Source: Phallusia mammillata
Lineage: Eukaryota
Length of the DNA: 64,000 nt
Direction: 5' to 3'
Assembly: GCA_965637545.1 (NCBI GenBank)
Contig: OZ281496.1
Span: 23,002,001-23,066,000, forward strand
Positions 14,801-29,800 of the stretch are shown one piece after another. The position numbers and the translations under genes were made by a program. The notes under the pieces were generated by a model. The model saw only the letters and a list, made by a program, of their open reading frames with translations, did no database searches and was not told the origin of the DNA. Within the stretch, counting starts at the first letter, position 1. Each line of letters opens with the position of its first letter.

Positions 14801-17800
14801 AGCAGTTCGCCTTTAAATTCCATTCTGGGCAATAAAACCTTAATTTCGTGCATTCGAGCCACAGACTTGCCGCAAAGGTTTGTTATTTATTCGCCAAACC
14901 TTAAAAAGTCGTCAGGCTGATGTGCGCGGTTTAAGCAACGTTTCTATTTCTTTGATGCTGGCCTAATATGTTTATGTGAAAAACAGGCGTGTCAACGAGA
15001 CGAGAACCTTTCCCAACCTTGCGCCAAAGTTCAAAAAGAAATGGTTTAACAAAAGGGGTTAGAATGGCTCTCATAAGCATCCCTAACCCTTTCTTTAATA
15101 AAATCTGCAAAACACTAGTTAAACCGCCTAAAACTTTCCCCTTAAACTGCATACAACCACCCAGGATGTGTCACAAATGTTATGGAATACGATACGCTCC
15201 ATTTAATAAATTTCCCACCTAACCCAGCACTGGGCGTGTCATGGGGCGTTACCGCAACCCTATACAGCATTGGAATCTTGCATAACATCATAAAGCAGAC
15301 AAGTTTAAACGAAATGTTTCCCATACCTGAAGTCTTGTGAACGCGGAGTTCGATTTTCATGTTGTGGTCTTGGCAGACACCGCCTTTCTTATTGTCAATT
15401 CCATCCTTCGTGCCGTCTGACGTAGCTGTAATAGAAAATTGCCTGGTTTAAAGCGGTGTCAATCGATTCGGCGACACAAGGCCTAGCTTTAATTGCTTGA
15501 CCGAATGCCATTACGTAATGTTAAATATTAGTCGTTTGTAAACATAACCAACATTCAATGCACATGAATGGCATTTGCGTCAAAACTGATTTCGTTTTAA
15601 GTGGTTGTCTTGAAGTTTAGAGCTATAATTGATTGAATTAACGTCATTGCTTTGTGTGTAAATACCATTCTTATGAAGACATAATCAGCATGTTGTGCTT
15701 TTTTATAGATTAAAACTAAGGCCCTTTTTAGGTGATTGTCAGTATAAATCCAAACGCTTTGAATGGACTTTAATAGACAGGTATATAAATGTTTTAATTC
15801 AGGGGACCTTTTACTGCGCAGTGCGCTGCTCAATATTTAATAAAGTTCGCACTGTTCCATGTTTTAGGACGCATATGTTGTGGTATTAAAACCGCTAAGA
15901 TCCGATTTCGCTCGTAAATACAACACCGTTCTGGAAAAAATCATCTGTCGCCGGCATTAAGAGATTCTACGGCACACACTATTACACCTGAACGCATACA
16001 CCTGATTCAATAGAAATCGGCTAAGGAAAAACGCTATTTCAGTGAAGCAAGGCCATTGAACCAACTTTAACCTGAAGCCAATAAAGCGTAGAGTGCCACA
16101 GCGTTGTGGGGTTACTAAGATAAATGTCATGCGTTTTAATAGAGAGAAAACTGAAATTCGGTACAGTTATATCTACAGTTATATCTGTCTTGCTTTGACT
16201 AAATGAGAGATCGTGCTTCCGACTAAACGAATGCAAATTTATTAATTTATTGATATGAAATTGACTTTTAAGGTTTTTGATGGATGGAAATTTGAATGCC
16301 AAATTCCAATACGAATCTAATTCCACATGATTTCGATATTTGGGCATTTCATTTGCGCTGTTGTTGGCCTCACAGTTATGCGCTTAATCCTAAACAGATG
16401 CAGTCTTGCTAAATCTGTATTGATGACAAATCTAAAAGTCACAGAAGTTCGTTGAACGTAAATACGCTATGCAGGTGTTCAAACCACAAATCGCGCACGC
16501 GCCTTTCTTTGCCCAATAAAACCACGGCGAAACAACTACATTTGCGTCAGACTTTTAGATCTATTTAGATGACCAAAGCTTTTCTGGCGAGTAACAAGCT
16601 TTCGGTAATCGGATTTGGGGTCTGCCGAGGACGGATTTGTCCAGGTAAAAGTCTTCGGCTAGTGGCGACAATTAATTAGCGAACAAACAAACGACCACAC
16701 GCAAATTCACGCCGAATTCTAAAAGCCACAAACAACATCGCCGCGCGTAATCCAATACATGCATGCGACGAGATGTTTTGCAAACAAGGGTATTAGCTAA
16801 AATCCAATTGAAACGGCACTTCTGTGCTCATTTTTGCTCTTAAGATAGAAACCACGTTCTTGACAAGTATGTGTTTGACGATTTTTGAAACGTAAAACCC
16901 AACATTGCTGCAGCAACCAATTTGCGGCCGAAGTCAATGTAATTTGAGTGCAAAATGGTGGCAATGATTGTTGCAACACAAACTGTCATAAATCAACCAA
17001 GGACCACCAATGCACTTTAACTCTAGGCATTTTTGTCTTTAAATGTATTGTATTGGTGCGTAATGTGAAGTTATAAATGCTAAGTCGATTTTCCCTTGTG
17101 CTAAAGCCATTGTGGCAAAGTGAACAGGTTGGAATTGTTTGCAACGAAAAACACACCAAACCACTTTCTTATCTCCGTGTTTCAGTTCCGCACGGTATCA
17201 GTGGAGCAGTTTTCAAACGCTCAGTTACGCTTGAACGAAAGAATTCCTCCACTGCATATTTCCCGACTCAGAGAGACAGGTCTGTCGCTCATGAGTCGCA
17301 ATACATTCGCCATTAGGAGACGCTTCGGGGGCGAAACCACTTTCTACGCGATATGCAGTAATGGGCGATTCGTGTAAGAAAAACTCAAACGGCCAAAGAT
17401 AAGCAACTGCTGGCGACGATGTTTTTTGCGATTACGGAGATTCTGATTTATACAAACAGTCTTTTACGTCAAGAAACGCAGAACAAAAATATGGCAATTA
17501 AAATGATCTTCGAAATCGTGTGTGCCCTTAAAGTGTCCTTGCAATTACAGGACTCTTGCCAAATTCCCAATTGCCTTAACACACCACGTTGTGTCCTTTC
17601 AGCCGGGGTCACACAACTATAGAGGTTAGATAACGCGAAAGTAAATGCGCAGATAGAAGGCAGACGTCCGCTCAGGATGGGCAATTTTCTTCTTGGGGTG
17701 AGTTATAATCCCCTCAGCGATGTTTCTTCAACATAAATAAAGTATGAGTCGGGAGCACGAGCCTTAAGGTTGAAACTTATTCGCGTCGCAAAACAGTCCG

Positions 17801-20800
17801 CAAATGGCATTAAAGTTTTCCATCGCTTTGTGTTGATGCATACCGAATGGTGGTTATCCGGTTACAAATAGCTAAATATACCAATCCCCCTTTGTATCCT
17901 GTTCATTATTTTTTAATGTAGAAGTTATATATGTTTTGTTACCTATATTTAGCAGATGCCGCGGTTTGATTTTAGTGGTGCTTACAATGTTATAAACGGT
18001 ATTTTAGTGTGACCTGTATGCAGAGTTCACACAAGATTCTTCTGTGGGTAATCATTCTTGCCCGGCGAACTACTGTCAAGAGGCGTGACCCGCTAACGAG
18101 ACGAAAGCCAGAAACGAAAGACTGGTCACCATAGCGAGTCTGAGATGGGCGACTGCGACTTTAACGAGTTTACGATGCGATTAGAGCGTCATGCACCTTG
18201 CTTCGACAGTAGATGAATATATGGCGGGCAGTACAAAGCGGCCGACGCCTCGAGTTTATGGCAATGCTTTGACAACTATAAGTCCTTGCCGAAAGCAAAA
18301 TGTGAACAGGTCGCAACAAACAGAATTGATGCATCATTTCTACTGCAGGGGGAGGAAGGGTTAGATGCGCTTCTTTTCACCCCACACGCGCGAACCGTAT
18401 TGACAGAAGCTAATTGGACTGTTTTCCAGCTGAGTTGATGACTAAGGATGGGCAATGTCACGTCGGGGCGTTTGCATTTGTCAAAGCACGGCGTGAAAGG
18501 ATTACGCGCAACAACGACTCGAAACAAGTTGTTTTCCTCTTCCCGGAGGCACAAACTTTGCTTTGTATGACGCTTTAGCCTGCACAACAAGGCCTTGACA
18601 AAACTGCATCGGAACGCCAAAGGCGTGAGTCACCAGACGTATCACGTGACAGCTCCGTTGCGCTTCGCTTCACACAAACAGCGACCTGACAAGCCGGACT
18701 GCGCTCTCGTCTGCGCTCATGACCGAATACGGAAAAAGATCATGTTGATTTGCGCTGAACTGGGGCGAACTTAAAGCAGAGACACGTCGGGAAAATCATA
18801 CTTTGTTGGCCCCTGCGCCGGGATCAACGTTAAATCCAAGTTTATATTGCTGAATGTGGTCACTTAAAGCGACAAAACATTGAGATAACGCCCACGCAGG
18901 GATAAGGGTCGTGCTCGGGGGTTATCTCCTTAGTAAAAGGTCGCTTGGCAATTAGAACCGGTTAAGCCCAGGGCCCCAAAGCTTGACCCTACCTACTAGT
19001 TGTTTACTTTCAAAATTACCTAGGTCGGCTGTGGGTAGCTTCAAAGTAAGGCCATTTAGCCAGGAAGGAAAGGAAAGGTGACTTCAATCGGCTGTAAACA
19101 TTTGCTGCATGGTTGCCCCGATCCCATAAGCGAATTCTCATTACTTTTTAAACACGTGCCGCGAAGGATAATTAATCATTTCGTAACGCCAGTTGGCACC
19201 ATATCAGGCGAACATAAAAATTTAATCCTATTCGTTGGACCCTGCGCTGTGCAGTAAAAGTCAACAGCTTTATTCTGCCGAATGACTGCTAGAGCGTTAC
19301 TTGCGTGGCGCTGTGCAAATGCCAGGTAAGGCTATTATACGCTTGGTTGTTGCTTAGAACTAAGGTGCACGCCGCGCGTTCAAGGACCACATTGAACGGC
19401 GCATTGGTGCAGAACGGGAGTGGACCAATCACGCGCGTCGACGGTTACGGAAAATATTTTGCGGTCCAAACAGCTTGTTATGGCGTTTGTTGCTCAAAAG
19501 TCGAGCAAAGAGGGTAGGGGTGAACTTTTTGATGCGTATTTTGCGTGTTCGGACATGGGTGTCAATTTAACGCATGCCCAGAAATGCGTCGCGATTTTGG
19601 GGCCCCGCGTCAGAGGCGACATGTCGCGGGTGTAGACGCCATGGATGACTGGGAAGTTTAGGGGCGGCGACTGTGCCCGCAGCTGGCTTTTACAATAATT
19701 ACCGATAGCAAACGCATTAAGCAAATGAAAATAATTCTTCGACCGCATACGCCTCAGAGGCTTGGTCAACTATTTCCGTACAGTGTCAACATTTGCAACG
19801 ACAACATGAACGGGTGGGGCGTAAATTTCCGAGTTCTACAAACAACAAAGTTTGGCTACATGATAAAGGCGCTGGTGGCATTTTTGAAATGAACTTGGCG
19901 TATCATTTTTCGGGCAGGCACTACTTTAGTGCGTTTTTTGCGCGACAACACCTGCTTGAGAGAGATATTAGGTTACCTTCATCGCGATTCAGCGAGTTGC
20001 CACTGTCTGCCAGGCGCGAGGAATTTTTCGTGCATGACACCTCGATTAGTCCATGGGAACCAATCCTGGACATCTGCGACGAGTTGCGCTAACAAGCACC
20101 CAAACGTCAGATGCGTGTCAACAAAAGGCGACTCGCCACAAGAAACCCCTGTTACCCAGCTTGCGTGTTTTGTATTTTAATCAGTCAGGAAAAGCGGGGT
20201 TAAATACTTGACTCGGGCCAGTCTTATGAGGGGTGCGCACGATCACAATCCGCGTTTTCGGACTTGTTGTAAATGCTCGGTCGACAGGCAACGACCCATA
20301 ATAAGCTCGACTCGCAACGCATTCTGAGCTAGACGACAACAACCACGAAGCAGCAAAAACGACACAGGCTGAAAGGCCGTACTCGCAACGAAAAGCAGAT
20401 AGAGTTACTCTTGATTTTCATGCCCGTTGCTTCCCGGAATGCGACAGCGGGCAAACACGGAGGTGCAATAAGTTCGCTGGGGTCTGACGAAAGTCTCTTC
20501 TCCGCCGGGAAGCCGAGAGGCAAAGATGGATTAGCGAGTCAATACGCGTGAGTGAAATTGGTCGTGTGTTCTTTATTAGCCTTGAACGCATATGAGCGTT
20601 CAAACAAAGACCTGACCGCTATGGAAAGTTCTAGTGCAATTACCGAAATTGCCAACCGCTAATGGACGATTAAAAGTGGCCTGCATTCCCTTAAAGGGCA
20701 TTAGAGGATTTCGGCGCATAGCCACTTGCTAAACGATTCGTCTGTTATCACTCCCGCAATCTCAGCCTTGCTTAACTACCAATAGACCGCATGCTATTCA

Positions 20801-23800
20801 TCATTTTTACCGACATCAAACAGCAACCGACCTGCCACTGCCCGTGCCTGCTTTCCCTCGCCTGTGGGACATCTGTCAGTGGCAATCTGACGCTGACCGT
20901 GACATCGGACAGCCGCAAGATAAAACCTGTCAGAATCTCGTTGCCACCTGCCCTGTTCACGCGTCAATGAAAGTATGCCACCCAGCGTAAATTGCGCACT
21001 TGGTTCCAAATAAGCCCCCCATTGTTTAGCACAATTTTAACGATGACGTAAAATACAATTTTGAGACTAAATATATCTTAGATTTTTGGCAGTTGTGCGT
21101 TGAAAATGCAGTGTTGTTCTTTCGCGCTGTGTTAATCTCTGTACCGGGGTCACGTCTCCATGTTTTATTCATTGCATTTATAGCAAGGTAAAGGGGTCAT
21201 GAACATGTCAGACTGCCTATAAATCAAGCTTAAACAACGTTTTTAACCGAGACTTACAGCTGGTAAACGTATATTTGAAAGTTTTGAACGATGCCCGTGT
21301 TAGGCAATATGAACGCAGGTTAGCGAAATTTTATTCTACCCCGCACGCCTAACACCCTGTCATTTTCGTTTCTAGTGGAAATAGATGGCTTCATATCGCA
21401 CCTGCACATAAAGGGCAGAGCCGACGCTTTACCCAGCAAATGCAACTTCCACTAGGCATTTAGGAGAAATCTTATCCAAAGGCCCGTGCACCTCAGAATT
21501 CGGATGAAGTACATTTGGCGATAAGGTAAACTAAACATTGGGAATGGTAAAGTCGTGCGCCGATCATTTTTCTCCCAGAGACGGCGTACAACTTAGAATG
21601 TATTTACGACGGGATTTGACAAGAGCAGCTATTGTTGCCGTATATAAACGTCGTGTCGAAGTGGGTGGACCAGGTATCACCTTGACAACGAACTTGTGGT
21701 TGGTTACGCTCAATCGGCGTGACAATGCCATGAGGCCCTGACAGCACTAAACCGTAAAAAGCAGCACAAAATGCCACCCAACAGGTCCAACTGCTGCTGG
21801 TAAAGTGCTAGCCACGCAAATCTGCTAAACGGTGCTTATCACGCGAAAGGTGAAGTCTCCCTGCCTGTCCAGGTTGCCCAGGAATGGCAAAAAATAACTA
21901 GGCTGTGCGGAGACTTCAAACACCAGCCCCTGAAAATACGTCAGCACTGGCGGTTGGGGCCACCTGGGATGCTTCACGCAAACATGGCAGAAAGCGGGTA
22001 ATATGATGTTCTTAACGCGGTCTTGTTAAACACATTCGGTGGATCCGATGTTACCTTGCTTTGAAATCTACGCCGAACACCACCCTTATGTGGTTTCGGG
22101 TGCGTTGTCGACGAATGTTCTCGATTACTGCATAGTGGTACTTTTACAAAACATAACCAAAGCAAAGAGCATTTGCTTGTGTGAAATCGATTGTCGCGAC
22201 GCAATATATTGAAATCCATGTCTAACTCGCCTTGGGACTTGAGTATATCGATCAACGAAACTCCGGTTTAAATTTGCGTTATGTTGAGCGTTTAGGGTAG
22301 CGATAAGTGCGCATGGCCAGCTCTGTCATCGGAACCGAGTAATCCTGATAGCGCTTTGAAGTTCTCTTTTACTAAAATGTTTAAGGCTTTTCTCCTTGAT
22401 CTAACTGACGACCCACAACCGACGTGACGAACTTCTTGTTGATGTTTTGGAAAAGAGGGTTAAAAGAGATTTTCTCTGAGTTTTGTTCTACAAACCTTAT
22501 CCCATAATGCACAAAAACACCACTATTTCGCACCCTAATGATTACCACAATTTGAACATTTGTCAACACTTACATATCACGTAGTAGGCCTTGTTGGGTT
22601 CAAACTCCAGTCCCCATGGCGACGGGGAGATTTCTTGAAAGTAAAAGGTGTATTTCTTTTCCTGTTGCGGGACATCACAAGTAATCAGGCGTCTTCCACC
22701 AGTCGCATTGCAAGTCCCGAAGTTCTCTTTTGACACAAGGAAAAGCTTGAAGAAGTGGTCTCCCGTGTCCCGACCCCTTCGCGGACAGATGATATCCAGT
22801 TTATCCAAAAGAGCAACGTCAATACTGCTTTGCGAACCGGCTTTAAACCTAAAAAAAGCAGTAGTGAACTTGGGTTAAAAGTTCGATCTGCTTATTGTTA
22901 ATTTGTTGTGGTTTGATTTGTCTTTCCACACCCAGTTCGAATTGAAAACAGACAAATCCCCGAAGACTTTTTCATTTTTTGTAAAAGATCAGAATTTATT
23001 TTGATACTCAGTTTGAAATCTTGCGCAATTTTATTTCTTATGATGACTTTAGGGTTTATGGGCAAACCTTTCACAAAACAAACATTTACAATTGAAAGCA
23101 GCCTTTAGGGAGTCGAGTGCTCCAGGTCGATTGGCAGTTATTCCCTGAACACGCCCTGGCATTTTGCTTGGCGGCATAAGCAGCATATTGCGCAGCGAAA
23201 TCGATGCAAACACGAAAATCACACGGGCCCGATCGATGGTAAGCGCTAATAGTTGAGCGTTAAGAACCATGCTGGAGGCACCATGTGCAGTTGACGCTGA
23301 ATACAAAGATATCGACCGCATTTGTTAGATTGGACATCTAATCGCCGCCAAATTCGCTTGGGTATTTTATTCGCATCGTTGTAAGTGAGGATTAAACTTT
23401 CTCAAAAGGCGTGAGAACTGCTTTGCAAGGATCACAAGGCAGGGACCTGCTGGAAATGTGATAAGCGATTGTTTGTGTGCAATAAGAAGCCGTGCTTCGT
23501 GTCCCACTACAAATAAACACGGCAAAATTCAATTTGCTTTTACACAGTGCTGAAATGCAAGTTCTGAATGCAGCTGCCACACGCGGCGGCAAAATGCATT
23601 TGCTTTGCCCGGGGCGACAGCGTCTATGTTTATTGCGCAATTAAACAACGCTTCACGGACCTAACGAGATAGCAAGCGGTCGTTTGTTTGTGACAGGCAA
23701 AAACATAGCAAATCGAGCCCGGTCCGAAAGTGTACGCAACACAAACTAACGGCGCGTCAACCAATAACATCACCAAAACCTCTTCATGCAGTTTCATGTT

Positions 23801-26800
23801 GATGATACAAGTCCACCTATATTCTTGCGTAATCCTAAACCCCTTGGGCAAAATTTTGAATATTACATGACTTTGTATAAATAAAGGGGCGGTGATACTA
23901 TAATCCTAATGCCTAATTAGAGATGTGTGTACGACGCCAGCAGTCTAGCCCTTCGCCAAATACACCTTGAAGTGTGGGTTCACTTTTCATCCAATTAGCT
24001 CCCAGCAGTAATGATTATCATACGAAGTGGATTGGACGGGGTCATGGCTGCCTTAGTGTTTAATTTTCAGGTGCCAGACTGTCCTGCTGACTAGAAGGGG
24101 AATGTCTTGGTCGTCGGTTAAGGCTTGCGCGGAATTTTCGCCATGTCTGAATGTACTTATACGGCTGCGAGTGCGGTAATATTTGGAAGAGTGCCCGCTC
24201 GTTGATCAAAGCAACCTGGCATTTAATAATTGCTTTGAACTTCGCACGTACCCTGCATGTTCGGTACAGATTACAGACTGGCTAGGTTCATCGTTTATTA
24301 GTTATATATAGAACAAAGCGTTGCCACAATAACCGACGTTTGATAACCAAATTTGGCCCGCAATGCCCATGTAGTTAAATACTCTCCAGTGAAACAAAAT
24401 GGAAAACCCTTTTGCTCACAATTTTTTTTTGTTTAAAACGAACGGCAAAGGACCTGCAGGACAGTGTCTTGTTTTCTCTGGCTTAACCTTTAGCCCCACA
24501 CGTCATATCGCGTTGACCGATCGTCTGTCCAACGTCACACAACTCGCCGGCTGGCAGTACCGTGTCAAAATACGACAAGCAGCTATTACCGCAAGGCGAG
24601 TGGGCAACGCGAACCGCTGCACTGCTACCAATTCCACGTCAACTCGTTTAGAGAAATCCGATTAGCTATGACCGCAAACAGGTTACCGTTATTCGCAATA
24701 ACACTAACACGGAGTTGGGTGCATTAACGGCTTATAACTCGTGACTGTTTCAAAAAGCTGGTAAATGAAGTCGTAGGAGTTCGAAGCTTTTTGACTTCGG
24801 GTATTGATTAATTCGCAAAGAGCATAGGAAGTTTTTTCTCCAAACACAGCCAGCTGTCATTTTTTTGCGGGCTGGAAATTTTCTCCGTTGAAACTTCTTA
24901 AGGAATCGTCACGAAACAGGGTCTTTTCAAAGGTTAACTGTTTGCGCTTTAAACCGCAATTTCGATCCATTTTCGACTATTGTTAAAAGAACAAATAGCA
25001 GAGTGGGCTAAACAACTGGTGACTATCTTATCTCTGTCGAAACCTCGTTTGTTGCGGCGACAAGCGCTCCTACGTCGAACGAAAACAATCGCGCAGACGC
25101 CAGAGGACCAATGGTGAAAAATCGGTTTAGCGGGAATGCAAATATTGATATAAGCAGGAGGGGCGCTGAATATTCGGAAAAACGGGGGAGGAATGCATGC
25201 CGGTTGCCAGGACTCGAAAATATGAAGTATGTTAACAAATTTACCCGCTAGAAACTGTATAAGGCCTGAAGGCAGCCACACTGGTTTAACACAAGTTGTG
25301 TTCATTAAAAAAGTACCAGACAATGTGAAGTGCGTTAAGTACGTTGAAACGGAATAGGCATGCCACCCACCACGTGTACCGAGGCTAATCCAGTTTTTAT
25401 CGTGTTTTTATCACGCCCGTTGCACTTGCGTCTTAACTTGGCCTCGTCGGGCGCTTGTCTTGTAAAAGCCAACATGAGACCGCGTCAAGCCAGCGACAAA
25501 ACCAATACTGCGTAGTACAACAAACAGTTTTCCTTCATAGAAAATCTTCTTCCACAGGAAGCAATTAACCCTATGGTCAGTGACATACAACAAACTGAGT
25601 TTCTAACACCTGCTTCAAATAGACCAGGACCTAGGTTGCGCAAAGCATAACCACACCGGATGGTTGTACTTCAGCGTGGGACAGCCAGCGGCTCCTCTGG
25701 TTACCATTCCTTAACGCCGACACGGTGAAATCAGTCCGTATCGATGCGTCATAAGCAAGAGTACGCATATCGTGTATCAGTGCTGAGGCATGCTGTTAAA
25801 ATAGAATTCCCAGACTTGATGTCGCAAAAACAAGTCCAATTTTTCCCTAAAGTATGTACCAAGGTGCAGAGTACATTAACTTACGTGTTATATTGAGAAC
25901 GCTTTAAAAACCTGCTTTGGGACGTATTTGAAGTTCAATTTTTGACAGGATGCCTGTATGCGGTTATAACATCGGATAATTTGTTAATGAGACGCGTTGC
26001 AAAAATAGATTCGGCTAATCTCAGAAGCATTCCTGATTTCGTTTTCTCCCCAACCCCGTACATTGTAAACTATGCAGATTAGATTTCGGTCCCTAGGTAA
26101 TGCATAGAGGTGGTGAGGACCACGGCCCACGGGCTGGTAATTACAGCATCGACGAGGCTGCCCATGCGTAAAAACGAGACGCCACAAAATAAATGCGGAC
26201 GGTTTTGAAAGCTCAAAGCTGTCAATCCCACTAACTCCAAGTGTAAAACAAAGCAAGGTGTGTTCGTCCTGGATTGAGCCGCGCACAGCGGAACTGCCAC
26301 TTGAAAAGAGATGCTTGAAATATCCTGTGCACGGCCCGGGGAGAACTAGCTGCTCGGATCGTCTGGTTGGAAGAGCCTTTGCAAATCTCAAACCTTCGCT
26401 AGTCACTCATGTCGGCTAGTCAAGTTACGGGGAAAACACTAATTATCCTATTTATTCCACAAATGTGTTTCCCACCGATGAATTGCGCTTGTAAATTTGT
26501 GGTGGAGTGCTGCTAGTTTGGGTTTGCAACTTGAGGCCAGCTATCAGAATGAAGTCTGTTTCTTTCCAAAATTCTTGATATTTAAACAAAACTAAATATT
26601 TTTATTTGGTTGAAAAAACAACTGCTTATCTTGCACTAAAAAATAATGTTTTTTATATATACAGGTGACAAATATATAACAGGTTGCATGGACCGTTGTT
26701 GTCATCTTAAATTTTGCCCAAGTTTGGTATTCAAGACGAAAATTACAATCACCGCAAACCGCAGTCAAACGGTTTTCGTGTAATTTTTATCGCTGACACG

Positions 26801-29800
26801 ACGCGCACTGTAGTGGAATTTCATTCTCGTTTCAAAGCGACAATTACGGGCAAGTCATTACCGGATTAGCATGTTTGCATTGGACAAGCTCTTCGTTTTT
26901 TTCGTGCTACAAAACCTCTGCCGCCCGTGTGAACGTAAAGCCGGTCATGCGAAATTAAAATTCCGGCCGTTGTGGCACAACAAGACAGCCCAAAATAAAC
27001 TCTCATTTTCACACCATGTGCGGAGCAATTACAGCAAATCGCAAAGTCTCCCTTGTGATATATCAACCATTACAACGTAAAAGAATTTGTGTGCGACATT
27101 TTGACTGGTACGTGCTGGGAAGGAAGAAATTCCTTAGTATGTGACTGGGCGGGCCACCATTTTACCAAGTGCCAGTCAGTCTGATCAACAACATTTGTGT
27201 CGGATCACGCTGTGACGGTTTGTGTATCCGCGCGAGATCTAATGGGCAAAGGCAAACATAAGGCACTACAGAGGTCTGAACTTGTACGCTTACCAACAAT
27301 GGCAACATACTGTTTGGCGAGGATGCGGGTTTACCATCGACAGCGACGATTTCAACACAATGGAACCAGTCTGGAGGCCCCGCTTAGCGAACAAAGCATG
27401 ACCGATTAGAGGCATTTTTTCAATATTAAAGACGAATCTTTTACATTCGCTCATATTGCTTTTGAACTCTCGGCAAATATGGATCAAAGACGCATTCACT
27501 TAAGAGCTCGTTTAGTATGCAAGTATGACAATGGTCACGACAATTCATCTTGCTCGTCTCGCGCTGTTCACCGAAACAAGACGAATTCTCAGACGTTAAT
27601 CATCCCCTGCTGGTGAACTTAATTGGATCACATTCTCTCGCAGTTGTTTATCATAATGCGTCATCAAAAATAATCTCCAACGGCCAAAGGACCCCCGCTC
27701 TGCCGCGATATTAAACAACCTATGTTTTTTTTACAATGCTCTAAAACTGCGTTCGAAAGTTGTAAATCTCACACAATGAAGTCAATTCATTTATTACTTT
27801 TTTATGTTACGGTTTTATTGTCACTACCACTCTAGTGACATTTTCAAATTCGGTAAAGTATTTTCCTATTTTACCATCTTGTCTCCGTTTACAATTTGAA
27901 CTGAACTCCTATTTGTGGTGACATTGGATATGACGCGTCCAATTGTTAGTTCCCACATACGAATCCAGTTATCGAGGACTCCTTGTAATTATTAGCCGGG
28001 ACTCATGTCAGAACGGAGGCAAACAATACGAACTTGCGCTACATGAGACAGGCGACACTTCAAGGTAAAGAGCCTGCGTCTCACTTTGCCTTTAAGGAAG
28101 CCCAGCTTTCGTGAAACGACAATTAGGCGCAGGCGGTGAAGTGTCTTCATCAACACGCGGCCAATGTGTTTGGACTTAGGCACGGAAATCGATTGACAAT
28201 TTACTTGAAGGGCGCTTGGCGAATTTCTTTTCCGCGCCTCGTGGGCTTACGTTTGATGTCGTGGAGTAGTGCACGAGTGGTTTTAAGCTCCCCAAACATT
28301 GTTCACGGGCCTTGTAGCCTTGTATAGTGTGAATGTTCCAGTTATGATACAATGCCCAGGTGTAAATTCCACTGTAAACGCAGCTAACGATTTGGTAAAG
28401 GAATGTATATGTGGTGATTTTGAACACGTCATTGTAATGCAACCCAACGCCACGATTACAAGCAGTCGTCATCATAGGTTGCCTGGTAACTTGAAACTTG
28501 GTTAATTACCACTTGCAATGACCGCCGGGTACAGACGTATTTAAGTCAATAATGCGAGCTTGTGCAATGTAGCAATCTCAGCAAAGAAACGTAACAATTT
28601 ACAACATGTAGACCTTTTCATTTCCAGAACCGTCGCCTTTCATGTAAGAACAGGTGCAAGGTGAGTCTAATCAATGCGAAAATGCTCTGACGGGTGAAAT
28701 TTTAAGTTTAGTTTTACCCAAACTCGGGCACATAGTTTTACCCCGCGTCAAAAGCTTGGCGTCTCCCAGTCTGACGTTGTGACTGGAACGACTTGCGATG
28801 TTGGACAGACGTTTACAAAAGCGTTAAACCTCGATTGTACACTAAGCTGGCCTACGCGCTTGTAACAATAATAATTGGGGGGCTAACGACCGTAGGCGTC
28901 GAAGTTTACGTTGCGACGACCATAATCGCCAGTATCATGACGTCACTTTGAGCCATATCGTCACGTGACGATAATTATCAGAGTGGCTTATTAGCATTAC
29001 ATCAATATCTTAAAACGATTATGTGACCAAGGTCCAGTAAGGGCGATTCCAACAACAGTTGTCCGTTTTTAAGCTCTGTTAGCGCTTTGACGGTCATCCG
29101 TAGACCAACATATGCTGCAACAAATGCTTGATCCGCTTAATTAGCCACGTTGCCTCTCGCGGCCCGGGCCCTAGTTTTGTTTCAGCGCTGTTTCATTATC
29201 AGCTTTTGTGCGTGCGATGCTAAAAGTTCATGACATGATTTGATTGAAATATAGATTACCAAATGCAAAACCTTCAAAAGATATATGTAGCCCAAAGGAC
29301 TTTTAGTTTACTCGGTTCATCGTCACAAAAACTACGTAAAGTAACAACACATTTAAGGTAATTTAGTGCACGAAAAACGCATATAAAGGCATTTAACTTA
29401 TAGCTACAATCAACTGAAGTCGCTTTGAAGTTTGAAACACTATAGCATATCTTAAAATAAAAAGGTTTTTCATGGCAACACTTCGGACCTCCAGCGCGGG
29501 CGGCTCGACCAATCAACGAAATTCCATACATAATGCTGTTTACTTTTGGCAATATTCCCAATTAGGCCTCTACAATACAAGACTGGCGTGACGCCGTGTG
29601 TAACAACCCGCGTTCTTGGACCGCTTGGTTGACCACGAAAAGAAACGAAGTTGTGGCATCACTGCTTAAATCGTTCGGATCTGCTCAATTTCATACGTGC
29701 AAGAATGTGGTGTTATTATTTTACGCTAAATAACTGTTCCCTTACGATGTTAAGTGATGGCCGAGATAACAGATCTACATTGAATGTTCTATTCCTAATG

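Noticed and set aside
13169-26406. Longer intronic ORFs such as 13169-13561, 18276-18620, 24949-25323 and 25984-26406
   Set aside because: No domains or splice chains, and random-like composition; consistent with chance ORFs in GC-richer intron sequence.
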